64,000 nucleotides of DNA, taken from Sedimentisphaerales bacterium (GTDB lineage: Bacteria; Planctomycetota; Phycisphaerae; Sedimentisphaerales; SM23-30). This document shows positions 22,901 to 33,567 of this stretch, piece by piece. The stretch lies in assembly GCA_963663965.2 (NCBI GenBank), contig CAXXFK010000006.1, positions 244,891 to 308,890 on the forward strand, given 5' to 3'. The position numbers and the translations under genes were made by a program. Each line of letters begins with the position of its first letter. Within the stretch, counting starts at the first letter, position 1. Under the pieces are notes generated by a model, which worked only from the letters and a program-made list of their open reading frames with translations, searched no databases and was not told the origin of the DNA.

Positions 22901-25150
22901 GCTTCTTCGCCAGTATGGGAATGCGCAAAATGTCAAGAGATTCATCTTCATAACTCTGCTGGAATATGCACAAGATGTTTCAATGAATTAGAGGAAACTA
23001 CCCATCTAAAAGCTGAAGATATTCGGGAACAGCATTATTATAGCCGTATAGCATTTGAAAATATACCTATTAGGATCCATTGTGAAGAACTTACGGGACA
23101 AACTGATGATCAAGCCAAGCGGCAAAGATTATTTCTTGGTATTGCAATGGATAATGACGAAGAGATTTTATATGACGAGATTGATGTATTAAGTGTTACA
23201 ACGACGATGGAAGTCGGTATAGATGTGGGTACTTTAGAAGCAGTATTATTAGGCAACATGCCGCCTATGAGATACAATTATCAGCAAAGAGTCGGGCGAG
23301 CTGGTCGGCGTGGGCAAGCTTTTCCTATCTCGATGACATTATGTAGGTCTAAAAGTCATGATGCTTATTATTATGAAAACACGAATCAATTAGTATCAGG
23401 GAAAGTTCCTGCACCATTTATTTCGATTGATAGTGTAGAGATTGCCAAGCGCCTGGTAAATAAAGAAGTATTGAGGCGGGCATTCAAAGCTTGTGGAGTT
23501 ACACATAACCATGGTCCTCAATTCCCACCAGATAGTCATGGTGAATTTGGTTATGCTATTAAAAATGGTCAGAAAGATTCAAAATGCTGGGAAGAGACTA
23601 AGGAAGACATTCGGCTATGGATTGTGAAAAATGAGACAATTATAAAAGAAATAATAAGGTCATTAATTGTTTCTACAAATCTAAAAATACAAGATATTTA
23701 TGTTGATATACTAAAATTGCCAGAAACTATCGATATAATTCTAAAAAACGAATATTTCTCAGCAACTGGTTTGGCAAATAGACTTGCTGAGGCAGCAATT
23801 TTACCAATGTACGGTATGCCATCGAGGATTAGATCGTTATTTCATGGGAGAAAAAATAACGAGATACAAACAATTGATCGTGATATTTCAGTTGCAATAT
23901 CTGAGTTTTCACCAGGTGTAGCCAGAACAAAAGACAAAGAAATTCACATTTGTAATGGATTTCTTTCGCCAGTTGGAATTGTTAACGGAAAGTTAAGGCA
24001 TCTTGATGGCAGCCCAGATCCATTTTGTAAAATAATCAATTATTCATATTGCGATCATTGTGGAAACTTTCTTTTAAATCCCGATCATAGCAACTTGAAA
24101 TGCCAAAAATGTGATTCTATATTGGAGGAATGTATTGCCAAATCCCCTAAAGGATTCACAGTTGGTTTTGATTGGAACAAAAATGGTATTTTATATTTTA
24201 AGAAACCCAAAGATGCGAAACCAGATGATTTGATAATCAATTATCAACCTATTTCTATTGTAGGAGTTGAATCTGATGAAAATAATTCATTTAAATTTAA
24301 TACTGGCCTAAGCCTTTTTCACGGTAAACCAGTCTTTAAAATCAATAACAACAATGGAGCCCTCTTTCGTGGTGATATGCTTGATCATGGTAGAATAAAA
24401 GAATGGGGGCTTAAAGAAGAAACATCAGAAGAAGCTTTCTCAATATTCGATAGTAAAGTAACCGATGTTTTAGGAATTATGCCTCAATTTATTGCTGATG
24501 GTCTTTGCTTTGATTGGACAAAAAGCGCAGGAATAAAATCCGCTTTTTATTCACTCGGTTTCATGATTAGAAAGTTAGCCTCAAAAAAATTGGATATTGA
24601 CGAGCGTGAATATGAAATTAGTAGCTTAAATACAACTATTTCAAGTAATGGAAAACGAACGGCCAGATTATTTATTAGTGACTCACTAGTAAACGGTTCA
24701 GGTTTTTCTGAATGGCTTCACGCCAATTACGAGGGTATATTGAGACAAATTACTTGCGTAGAGAAAAGTTCTTTAAGTATTAGTCATCGTGATTGCTTAA
24801 CTTCATGCTATAATTGCTTGTGCAGTTATGACAATATGCCATATCATGCATTACTAGATTGGAGATTATCTATAAGTTTAGCAAAATGTTTGTATGATAA
24901 TAAATATAAATGTGGACTAGATGGCGAATTTGAACATGAACTTGAAATTTATAGGACTCAAATAAATGACCTTATTGTAAAATTTGTTGATAGCTATTCA
25001 AAATTAGAAGCAAAAATGTATGGTAGGTTATCAGGAATGGCTTTCAGAAGTAAAAAATATGATGCAGATGTTATAGTTACTCATCCATTTTGGGATAAAG
25101 AAAATGGTAATGAATGCGGGATACTTAAAGAAGCAATTGAAAAGTGTAAT
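19919..25150 (+). CDS. Large SF2 DEAD/DEAH helicase with DUF1998 (DruE-like); C-terminus clipped by IS3 copy 2, with read-through to 25354
   Basis: AGTGSGKTESF, IYPMNALVEDQ, DELHLYRG, SSAS, FSDSRE, TTTMEVGIDVG, QRVGRAGRR; DUF1998 motif CLTSCYNCL..YDN..YH.LLDWRL. Native sequence ends at ..IEKCN. Confidence 0.88.
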
Positions 25151-26472
25151 TGTACCCCTCCCCATTGTCTAGACAAAAATATTGACTTTCTTAGATGGAG
25201 TTATCGCCACGGTGGGGGCTGTCGCCCCGGAAGGAGCCCGGAGGGCGACTGGAGGGGCGACAGCCCCGGCGAACACCTCGGCCGGGGTAAGGTATCCCAG
25301 GGCCTCGTGCAGCCGTTCATGATTGTAAAACTCAAAATAGCGGCCCAGGCCTAACACCGCCTCGGCCACCGTCTGGTAATCTCGCAGATAGACCTCCTCC
25401 ACCTTGACCGAACGCCATAACCGTTCGACAAATATGTTGTCAAATACCCGGCCCCGGCCATCCATGCTGATTAAAATCCCGGCATCTTTCAAGGGCCGGA
25501 TAAAATCCACTGATGTAAATTGGCTGCCCTGATCCGTATTGAAGATCTCCGGGGTGCCCTGGCCCAGCGCCTGCTCCAACGCCGATACGCAAAAATCGGC
25601 CTCCAGCGTGATCGAAACTTCCCAGCTTAACACATAACGGCTGAACCAATCCATGACCGCCGTTAAGTACACCCAGCCCTGAGACATGCGGATATAGGTA
25701 ATATCGGTCGACCAGACCTGGTTCGGCCGGGTAACCACCACCCCATCAAGCAGGTAGGGATAAATCTTGTGGGCCGGGTCCGGTTGGCTCAAATGCCGCT
25801 TAACGCGCGGATAAATCGCTTCTAAGCCCATCAGCCGGAGCAAACGGCGCACGCGCTTCGGATTGACGATGTGGCCTTGACGACGCAGCCACTGCGTCAT
25901 CTTGTCAACCCCGTAACAAGGGGTTTTGAGGTATTGTTCATCCAATAGCCGCATCAGACTCTCATGGTACTCCGTGTCCCGGCAGGGACGATAATAGTAA
26001 CTACTGCGGGCCAGGCCCAGCAGTTCACACTGACGATCGATCGGAATCCGGGGATGGCCCGGCTCTATCGCCAGGCGCTTCTGCTCAAGTGTCAAGCCCG
26101 GATTTTTTTTTAAGCCAGTCCAACTCCATCGTGAGTTGGCCGATCTGCTGATATAACTGATCCACCAAAGCCTGCTGCTCGCGCTGATCCTGGTGGCGCC
26201 TCAGAGAAAAGATCTCCGGCAAGGCATTCAAAAGCTCCTTTTTCCACTGGGTAACCTGAGTCGGGTGTACCTGGTAAACCTTGGCCAACTCCGCCAGCGT
26301 CTTGTCGCCCTTCAGGGCGGCCAGGGCCACTTTCGCCTTAAACTGGGCACTGTGATTTCGCCGTTTGCCTTTCATTAAAACTGTCTCCTGAATACGAATT
26401 ATTCAATCGGTTCAGGCGGCAATTCCATCTAAAAATCACCGTTTTTTTGTCCAGTTTTTGGGGAGTATTATA
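25151..26472 (-). mobile_element. IS3-family insertion sequence, copy 2 (inverted, no target duplication)
   Basis: Same IRs, length and encoded proteins as copy 1. Flanks AAT and TTT do not match. Confidence 0.96.
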
Positions 26473-26613
26473 TTTTTCCTTATTGCAAGCCTTATTTCTG
26501 AGCCGATAGCTTTTGCCGGTAATCTGGATGATTTCGGCGTGGTGCAGGAAGCGGTCCAGGATAGCGCTGGCGCTGGGGACATCACCCAGCAGGGTAGTGT
26601 CAAGAATTTTTCG

Positions 26614-28549
26614 GTAGCGCCAGGTAACTGGCAAGGAGTAGCGGATGCAAGAGCCGTACAATGAAGGTTTAGCAAACCACATTGGCCCCGAGTCATGTGG
26701 GCATACCGGTAACGGTATGCTTGAAGCGTTGACAGGGGAAGATGCGGGCTGGGTATTGAGCCGCGTAAGTTTGTACATTATAGAACGGAGTGCCGACGCT
26801 GTCGAAAATGTCGGAAGGCAACACCGGATGTCTTATTATCGCGAGAGACATTCCGGACTCCGCGCGGTCGAAGACCCCAGGCACGCATGGACACTTCTTG
26901 CACAGGAACTGGGAGATCCCTTGTTTGGCCTCAGGACACATTATCCTGTGGTCCGCACAGAAAATCCAATTGGAGTACTGCTGTGATGAACGAACAGGGG
27001 AAGTCGGACAGGCCCATAGTACCTAAGAAGTTCTCGAACAAAGAGGCTGGTTGCCATGCCTTGGCGGAGAGGATAGAGGGAAGGGGCCTGACCAAGGGCA
27101 ATTCGTCTCTACTGCACAAGTGCCGGACACCGGGCCGGGAAAGCTTGCCAAACGCATTAGAACGAATACGACAGGCAGCCACCCGGGATAAACAGCTAAA
27201 GTTTACTTCCCTGTGGCATCATGTCTATCATGTCGACCACCTGAGAGAAGAATTCTATCGCATTAAGCGGCAGGCTTCCCCGGGTGTGGACGACCAGACA
27301 TGGCAAGAGTATGAGGCCGGGTTAGAGAACAATCTCAATAGCCTGGCAGAACGACTGAGAAAGGGGGCATATCGGGCAAAACCGGTAAGGCGGGTATTCA
27401 TCCCCAAACCGGATGGACGCCAGCGTCCCATTGGTATTACTACCATTGAGGATAAAATCGTCCAGCGTAGCACGACTACGGTATTGAACGCTATTTATGA
27501 GGCTGACTTCAAAGGCTTCTCCTATGGCTTTCGTCCCGGTCGCAGTGCTCACAACGCCTTAGATGCTCTCTATGTCGGCATACTCAAGCGTAAGATAAAC
27601 TGGGTACTCGACGCTGACATCAGCGGCTTCTTTGATGCCATCGATCACGATTGGCTGATTAGATTCGTCGAGCACCGAATCGGAGACCCGCGAGTAGTAC
27701 GGCATATCAAGAAATGGTTGAATGCTGGAGTCGTGGAAGAAGACAAACTTCTGCAGATCAAGGAAGGCACCCCGCAAGGTGGGAGCATATCGCCATTGCT
27801 GGCGAATATCTACCTTCATTATGTATTTGATCTGTGGGCTGACCAATGGCGAAAGCGTAACGCCAAAGGGCATATGATTATCGTTCGATATGCTGACGAT
27901 ATCGTTGTCGGATTCCAATATCAATCGGATGCCAATAGATTTCATACGGACCTGCAGAATCGATTTGGCAAGTTCAAGTTGAAGCTTCATCCGGCCAAAA
28001 CCCGGCTCATTCAGTTCGGCCGCTATGCGACAGAACGAAGGACTACTCAAGGTAAAGGCAAGCCTGAGACATTCGACTTTCTTGGCTTTACGCACATCTG
28101 TTCCAAGTCAAGTAAAGGTCGGTTTATGTTGCTCCGGTTGCCGATGAGAAAGCGGGTGCAGGCCAAGCTAAAGGAAATCAAGGAACAGCTCAAATACCGG
28201 CGCTATACCTCGATTCCGGAGATGGGCCAGTGGCTTCACTCTGTTATCAGCGGCTGGTACCGATACTACGCCGTTCCTAATACATCTCGCTATCTTGGCA
28301 CCTTTCGCCGTAGGGTCGCCTGGCTTTGGTTCAGAGCGTTAAGAAGACGCAGTCAACGAAGCCGCATGACCTGGAGGCGAATGTACCAACTGATAGCAAG
28401 ATGGCTTCCGCAGCCTAAAATTCTGCATCCGTACCCCCAGGCACGCTTACAAGCTGCTCGTTATGACCCGAGGTAGGAGCCGTATGCGGTAGTTCCGCTC
28501 GTACGGATCTGTGCGGGGGGCTGGGAGTAATCCCAGTCCCTACCGCGAC
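26614..28549 (+). mobile_element. Group II intron (IIB-like, RT without an En domain)
   Basis: 5' end GTAGCG (variant of GTGYG). Domain V GAGCCGTATGCGGTAGTTCCGCTCGTACGGATC from 28477, domain VI, 3' end ..CCGCGAC. EBS1 CGAAAA at 26803-08 pairs with exon TTTTCG. Removing the intron restores the IS256 IR. Confidence 0.93.
26986..28476 (+). CDS. ltrA: Group II intron reverse transcriptase/maturase
   Basis: RRVFIPKPDGRQRPIGI, SYGFRPGRS, GTPQGGSISPLLANIYLH, RYADD, FDFLGF, X domain; no HNH. The start is uncertain (26887 or 26986). Confidence 0.95.
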   Translation: MNEQGKSDRPIVPKKFSNKEAGCHALAERIEGRGLTKGNSSLLHKCRTPGRESLPNALERIRQAATRDKQLKFTSLWHHVYHVDHLREEFYRIKRQASPGVDDQTWQEYEAGLENNLNSLAERLRKGAYRAKPVRRVFIPKPDGRQRPIGITTIEDKIVQRSTTTVLNAIYEADFKGFSYGFRPGRSAHNALDALYVGILKRKINWVLDADISGFFDAIDHDWLIRFVEHRIGDPRVVRHIKKWLNAGVVEEDKLLQIKEGTPQGGSISPLLANIYLHYVFDLWADQWRKRNAKGHMIIVRYADDIVVGFQYQSDANRFHTDLQNRFGKFKLKLHPAKTRLIQFGRYATERRTTQGKGKPETFDFLGFTHICSKSSKGRFMLLRLPMRKRVQAKLKEIKEQLKYRRYTSIPEMGQWLHSVISGWYRYYAVPNTSRYLGTFRRRVAWLWFRALRRRSQRSRMTWRRMYQLIARWLPQPKILHPYPQARLQAARYDPR

Positions 28550-28653
28550 CACATTTTTTATTAGTCTTTCATCTGGTAGAGTCTTTCAATGGAGGAGGGA
28601 GGGACAACTCCCTGCCCTGCCTCCCCGAGGGGAGGCAAAAATTTATCGGACGA

Positions 28654-29910
28654 TCATGCCATGACCACCTCCTCTTTTTCAGCTTTTTTCTCCTTCTCCA
28701 ACTCATACAAATGATCCATATTCAAATAACGCCTCGTACCCCATTGGGTGCCGGCAATATGTCTCAGGCGGGCCGTGGCCAGCATCAGGGCCGAGTGACC
28801 ATCCGGAAAATTGCCCACCACGCGCGTACGACGACGAATCTCACGCATGATCCGCTCCAGTGGATTATTGGTTCGCAACTGCCGCCAGTGCTTGTCGGGA
28901 TATTGATAGTAAGTGAGTGTTTCGAGATAGCTTTCCTGGACCAATTCAGCGGCCTTGCCCAGTTTCATCTCCCGCAATTTGACAATCACTTGCTCGGCCT
29001 TCTGGATCGCCGCCTGGCGGTCTTCCTGGGCATGGATGGCCTTGAGCATGGCCGCTACCTCTCGCACCTTCTTGCGCGGCACATGACTGAACACGTTGCG
29101 ATACCAGTGGACCGTGCAGCGCTGCCAGTCGGCCTCCGGAAAAACCTCGGCCAGCGCGTCCACCAGACCCAGGCATTTGTCGGAAACAAACAGGCGAACG
29201 CCCTGCAGGCCGCGGCGCTTTAAATCGCGTAAGAAACCGCCCCAACCGGCTTTATCCTCTTTGGCGCCCTCGCAGGAACCCAGCACTTCGCGATAGCCCT
29301 CCTGATCGACGGCAATGGCCACCAGAATCGAAACATTCTTGACTTCGCCGCCCCAGCAACGTTTCAAAACGATGCCGTCCAGATAGACATAGGGATACGA
29401 CCCTTCCAGTTTGCGGTTGCGCCATTGGTCGATCTGTTGATAGACTTTCTGATTCAGATTGCTGATGGTGCCCGCACTGACACGGGCGCCCCACAGGCTT
29501 TCGGCGATGTCTTCGATACGCCGGACCGAAACGCCGGCCAGATACATCTCGATCAGGGCCTCTTCTACCGAAGACTCCCGGCGTTTATAGCGCTCGATGA
29601 TGGCGGTTTCAAAGGTCGTTTTTCGCAGCTTGGGCATCTTCAAATTCACTTCGCCGGTCGTCGTATGAAACTTACGCGGATAATAGCCCGCCCGGGTATC
29701 GGTGCGGGCCTGGGTATGTTCATAACGCTGGGCGTTGCAGAGCTGGTCCGCCTCGGCGTCCAGCAGGGCATTGAGCGTGTCTTCCACACTCTGGCGCACC
29801 ATCTGGCCCAACTGATCCTTCATCTGGGATTGGTCGATTTTTAAAATTTGGTTCAAGTTTCTAACGTCACTGGTCGATTCTTCTGTTTGACTCATAGTCA
29901 GTCCTTTCAT
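28654..29910 (-). CDS. IS256-family (mutator-type) transposase
   Basis: EMYLAGVSVRR, YPYVYLDGI, WQRCTVHWYRN, RTNNPLERIMREIRRRTRVVG.FP. Confidence 0.96.
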   Translation of the reverse strand: MKGLTMSQTEESTSDVRNLNQILKIDQSQMKDQLGQMVRQSVEDTLNALLDAEADQLCNAQRYEHTQARTDTRAGYYPRKFHTTTGEVNLKMPKLRKTTFETAIIERYKRRESSVEEALIEMYLAGVSVRRIEDIAESLWGARVSAGTISNLNQKVYQQIDQWRNRKLEGSYPYVYLDGIVLKRCWGGEVKNVSILVAIAVDQEGYREVLGSCEGAKEDKAGWGGFLRDLKRRGLQGVRLFVSDKCLGLVDALAEVFPEADWQRCTVHWYRNVFSHVPRKKVREVAAMLKAIHAQEDRQAAIQKAEQVIVKLREMKLGKAAELVQESYLETLTYYQYPDKHWRQLRTNNPLERIMREIRRRTRVVGNFPDGHSALMLATARLRHIAGTQWGTRRYLNMDHLYELEKEKKAEKEEVVMA

Positions 29911-30803
29911 TTGGTGGTAGGTTTCGGTTTCAAAAACTTCATCGACCAGATGAAGGACTGTTTTTACGGTGTCCTATAATATGTGCGAAAAATATTTTAC
30001 CTTATCCCCAGCAGTTTGCCCCAGTCTTCCAGGGGACGATTGGAAGTCATCACCGTCGAACGCAGTTCATAGCGCCGCATGATCACCTCAAAGAGATATT
30101 CCCCGGATCGTCTGGGCAACTGCTTCATGCCCATATCGTCAATGATCAGCAGGTCCGGTTTCAGGTATTTGGCCAGCGCTTTTTCCAATCCGCCCAGGGC
30201 CTCATCCTGCAGGAAGTCGCGGACCACATCGAATACCGAGCGGTACTTGACCACAAATCCGGTTTTAATGGCCTGATAGCCCAACGCCTGGGCCAGATGA
30301 CTCTTGCCGGTGCCCGGCGGCCCCAAGAACAGCACATCGCGCCGTTCGCGCAGGAACCGGCAGCTGGCCAGATCGTAAATCTGTTTTTGTTTGACGGAGG
30401 GATTGAACTGCCAGTCGAAATCCTCCAGCGTTTTCAGTTCCCGAAAGGCCGCGGTCTTGACCCGCCGCTGGATCTGCCGATCCTGACGCACCAGCAGTTC
30501 ATCTTGCAGGATCAATTCCAGGAAGTCCTGGTGAGATAACCGGTTGCCGGCCGCTTCCTGCAGCCGGATCTCCAGCGAGTCGGCCAGTCCGGACAGGCGC
30601 AGGCGTTTCAGCGCGGTTTGGATCGCATCATTCATACGAAGGTCTCCTTGTGATTGAGATAAAATAAAAGGTGCTTCACGCCGGGCTTTGCCATCCATAC
30701 AGCAAAGAGGCTGAAAAGAGATAGGGGGTGTGGGGGAAAGTGTCCCCCACGATCAAAACAGTTTTTCTTCCTTAAAATTAAAACCATGATATACTCCAAG
30801 AAC

Positions 30804-32339
30804 TTAACCGTGAGCCGCCGGAACCGACGGCAGGCATTGATCGTATTCACTCAATGGGCGGATAATGGGATGTTCTTCGATAAAATCAAATTGCGGCTGT
30901 TCAATCCCTGTTCCGCGTTTTAACAGGTCACGCAAAGTCCGCAGGCGAAACGCTCCATGTGTCAGGGCAATCCGGCAGGCCTGGTTAATCGCCGGGTGGT
31001 CATACTGCTTGCTCAGGGACAACAGGCCCATGAGCGCCCGAACGGCCGTGATCCCGCGGAACTCCAGCAGAGCCTCGGCCCAGGCCAGGGTTTCCGGCCC
31101 GATGTACCGGACTTTGGTCAGTAACCAGGTGGATCCTTTTTCCACCCCCGAGCGTTTGCGTGCGTCGATGTGGCGATCATTGGTCTGGAACTTCCCGGCC
31201 TCCACCTGGGCATGCGTCGCGATCGATTCCATGCGATGGTTGTAGATCCGTACCACCCGGCCGTCCCAGCGGGCCCAGACCGGATGCCCCAGATACTCCG
31301 GTGGCACGGAATAGTAGGCTTTGGCGACTTCCACATGGCCGTCGCGATGCACCCGGCGTTGAGACTCTTGGAATGAAGGGAAATGACCGGACGGTAAGGG
31401 CAGCAAAGCCGGCTTGTCGGCCTGGTCAAAGATCTGGCGTACCTGTTGACGCATCGTGCCGTGAATCCGGGTATCGGCCACCCGCACTTCCCAATCCTGT
31501 AAAAAACGGTTCTGTTCGGCCAGCGAACTAAAGATCCGGCCCTTCAAGGCGTTGTCCTGCACATATTTGATTCCGCTTTCCACCTTGCCTTTGTGACGGG
31601 GTGTGTAAGGCCTGGCCGGCAGAATGACCGTCCGGTAATGGACACAAAACGATTGCAGTTTGGGATTCAGTTCCGGATCGTACCAGTCGGCCCGGGTGAC
31701 CGCTGCCTTCAAATTGTCGATAACCAGGGTTTGAGGCACACCCCCAAAATGCCAGAAGGCGTTCTCCAGACAGCGTAGAAAACTCTCGGTGGTCTGGTGG
31801 AAGACCGACTCACTGTAGGCTTTACGCGAATGACTTAAAACCATGCGGAAGACATAAGTTCTTTTGCGTTTGCCATTGAGCCAGACCGGCGCGCCGGTGC
31901 CAAAATCGACTTGCGCTTCCTGGCCCGGCGGGCATTCCATCCGCCGATAGGGCAAAGGGCGGGTCTGGCCCAGGCGCCGCACAAACCGCTTGACACTGTC
32001 ATAGCTGCCAGTGAATCCCTGCTCGCTTTGCAGATCCTGAAAGATCCGTTGTCCGGACAACCCCTGACCGAGTTTGTCGCAGATAATCTGACGATAGGGT
32101 TCGCACTGGCTCTGGCGGCCTGCCGACCCGGGGGGCGAAATGGTCGATTTTGGCCCACCGCCGATCTCGGACCCGGGGGGCACAATGGCCGATTTTGACT
32201 GTTCACGCACCAATCGGACATAGCGACTGACCGTCTGGCGATGGATCCCCAGTCGGCGAGCCACCTCGCGCTGGGAAAACCCTTGTTCACAAAGAGTTAT
32301 GATCTTATTCGTCTGTACCATGCTGATCTGATTGGCCAT
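30804..32339 (-). CDS. istA: IS21 transposase
   Basis: N-terminal HTH, EAQVDFG, VIDNLKAAV, PRHKGKVE, YYSVP. Confidence 0.95.
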   Translation of the reverse strand: MANQISMVQTNKIITLCEQGFSQREVARRLGIHRQTVSRYVRLVREQSKSAIVPPGSEIGGGPKSTISPPGSAGRQSQCEPYRQIICDKLGQGLSGQRIFQDLQSEQGFTGSYDSVKRFVRRLGQTRPLPYRRMECPPGQEAQVDFGTGAPVWLNGKRKRTYVFRMVLSHSRKAYSESVFHQTTESFLRCLENAFWHFGGVPQTLVIDNLKAAVTRADWYDPELNPKLQSFCVHYRTVILPARPYTPRHKGKVESGIKYVQDNALKGRIFSSLAEQNRFLQDWEVRVADTRIHGTMRQQVRQIFDQADKPALLPLPSGHFPSFQESQRRVHRDGHVEVAKAYYSVPPEYLGHPVWARWDGRVVRIYNHRMESIATHAQVEAGKFQTNDRHIDARKRSGVEKGSTWLLTKVRYIGPETLAWAEALLEFRGITAVRALMGLLSLSKQYDHPAINQACRIALTHGAFRLRTLRDLLKRGTGIEQPQFDFIEEHPIIRPLSEYDQCLPSVPAAHG

Positions 32340-32444
32340 GTCAAGCTCCCGTTTTTAGGTAACTTTAACAGACCAATTAGCCTTTCTTCAACATGGTCGA
32401 TTTTAAACTGCCCCCTCGTGGTCGATTTTAACCGCCCCTTGACA

Positions 32445-33567
32445 TCTCACTGACGCAGAACGGAAAGAGCTGCTTGAAGTTGTTACAAAACTCAAGGGCA
32501 CCTCGCAAAAAGTCAAACGGGCTCAAATCTTGCTTAAGGCGGATGCGGACGGCCCCAACTGGTCCTGCAATCAAATTGCCGACGCTTTTTTGTGTCGTCT
32601 CAGGACCGTAACCAAAGTTCGTAAATCGCTGGTAGAAAGAGGGTTTGACATCACATTGAACGGTAAGCAGCGTGACACGCCGCCTCGCGCCAAGCTGCTG
32701 GATGGCGAGCAGGAGGCAAAGATCATTGCCCTGAGGCTGAGCGATCCGCCGGAAGGTTACAGTAACTGGTCGTTGCGTTTGATCGCCGACAAAGCGGTGG
32801 AATTGGGAATCGTAGAATCCATCAGTCACACCACCGTTGCCACGACGCTTAAAAAAATGAAATAACGAACCGAAAGATACAGTACTGGGTGATACCGCCG
32901 GCGCAAAATAGTGAATTTGTCGCGTGCATGGAAGATGTCCTGAATGTCTATTCCCTGCCGTATGACCCGGATTTTCCGGCGCTCTGCATGGATGAACAGC
33001 CGGTGCAATTGCTCAAGGAAACTCGCACTCCGATGGCCGCGACCTTGCATCATCCTCGTCGAGTGGACTATGAATACGAACGTGCCGGAACCGCCAGCCT
33101 ATTCATGTTCACAGAACCGAAATCCGGCTGGCGTGGGGTGAGTGCTCGTCCACAACGGAAAAAAGCTGACTGGGCCGTTGAAATGGCAGAGTTGCTTGAT
33201 GGCCGCTATGCCCATGCGAAACGAGTGCTTCTGGTGTGCGACAATTTGAATACGCATACCAGGGGAGCTTTTTACGAGGTTTTTCCTCCGGAGCAGGCGC
33301 GCCGGTATGTGGAAAAAATTGAATTTCATTACACGCCCAAGCATGGCAGTTGGCTCAATGTGGCCGAAAATGAACTGAGTGCGATGACCCGGCAATGTCT
33401 GAAGGATCGAAAAATGACCGACATGGATAGGCTGAAAAAAGAGACGAAAGCATGGGCTACCCACTCCAACGAAAAGCAACGAGGCGTTAACTGGCAATTT
33501 AAAGTGGAAGATGCCAGGTGTAAATTGAGATCACTATATCCGAATATTTAATCTTTACAGAACACTA
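32445..33567 (+). mobile_element. IS630-family element, 5'-truncated by IS21; two-frame transposase (32445-32865 and 32889-33551)
   Basis: LTDAERKEL..RAQILLKAD..WSLRLIADKAVELG; A7 slippery run at 32851; CMDEQP, VCDNLNTH, TPKHGSWLNVAENE. Ends ..GAACACTAG. Confidence 0.9.

Larger units (their letters stand above)
26593..30006 (-). mobile_element. IS256-family element carrying a group II intron in one terminal inverted repeat
   Basis: 8-bp target duplication CCCAGCAG at 26585-92 and 30007-14. IRs GGTAGTGTCAAGAATTTTTCG|CACAT and GATAAGGTAAAATATTTTTCGCACAT. Confidence 0.93.
26473..30635 (-). pseudogene. istB: IstB ATPase in two pieces (30635-30007 and 26592-26473)
   Basis: GPPGTGKSHLA, LIIDDMG, TSNRPLEDWGKLLG | DVPSASAILDRFLHHAEIIQITGKSYRL. 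Confidence 0.92.
26473..32444 (-). mobile_element. IS21-family element (istA, istB); istB split by IS256 and the distal end lost
   Basis: Terminus TGTCAAGGGGCGGTTAAAATCGACCAC with a tandem TAAAATCGACCA repeat, ending at 32444. istA and istB follow on the minus strand. Confidence 0.92.

Noticed and set aside
25151..25354. C-terminal 67 aa of the helicase ORF, and the tails of ORFs 15853..16698 and 26338..26778
   Set aside because: Read-through into IS3 sequence or chimeric across element junctions.
26887..28476. RT as a retron, DGR or defence RT
   Set aside because: It has an X domain, domains V/VI and EBS1/IBS1 pairing, so it is a group II intron. No template/variable repeat pair was seen.
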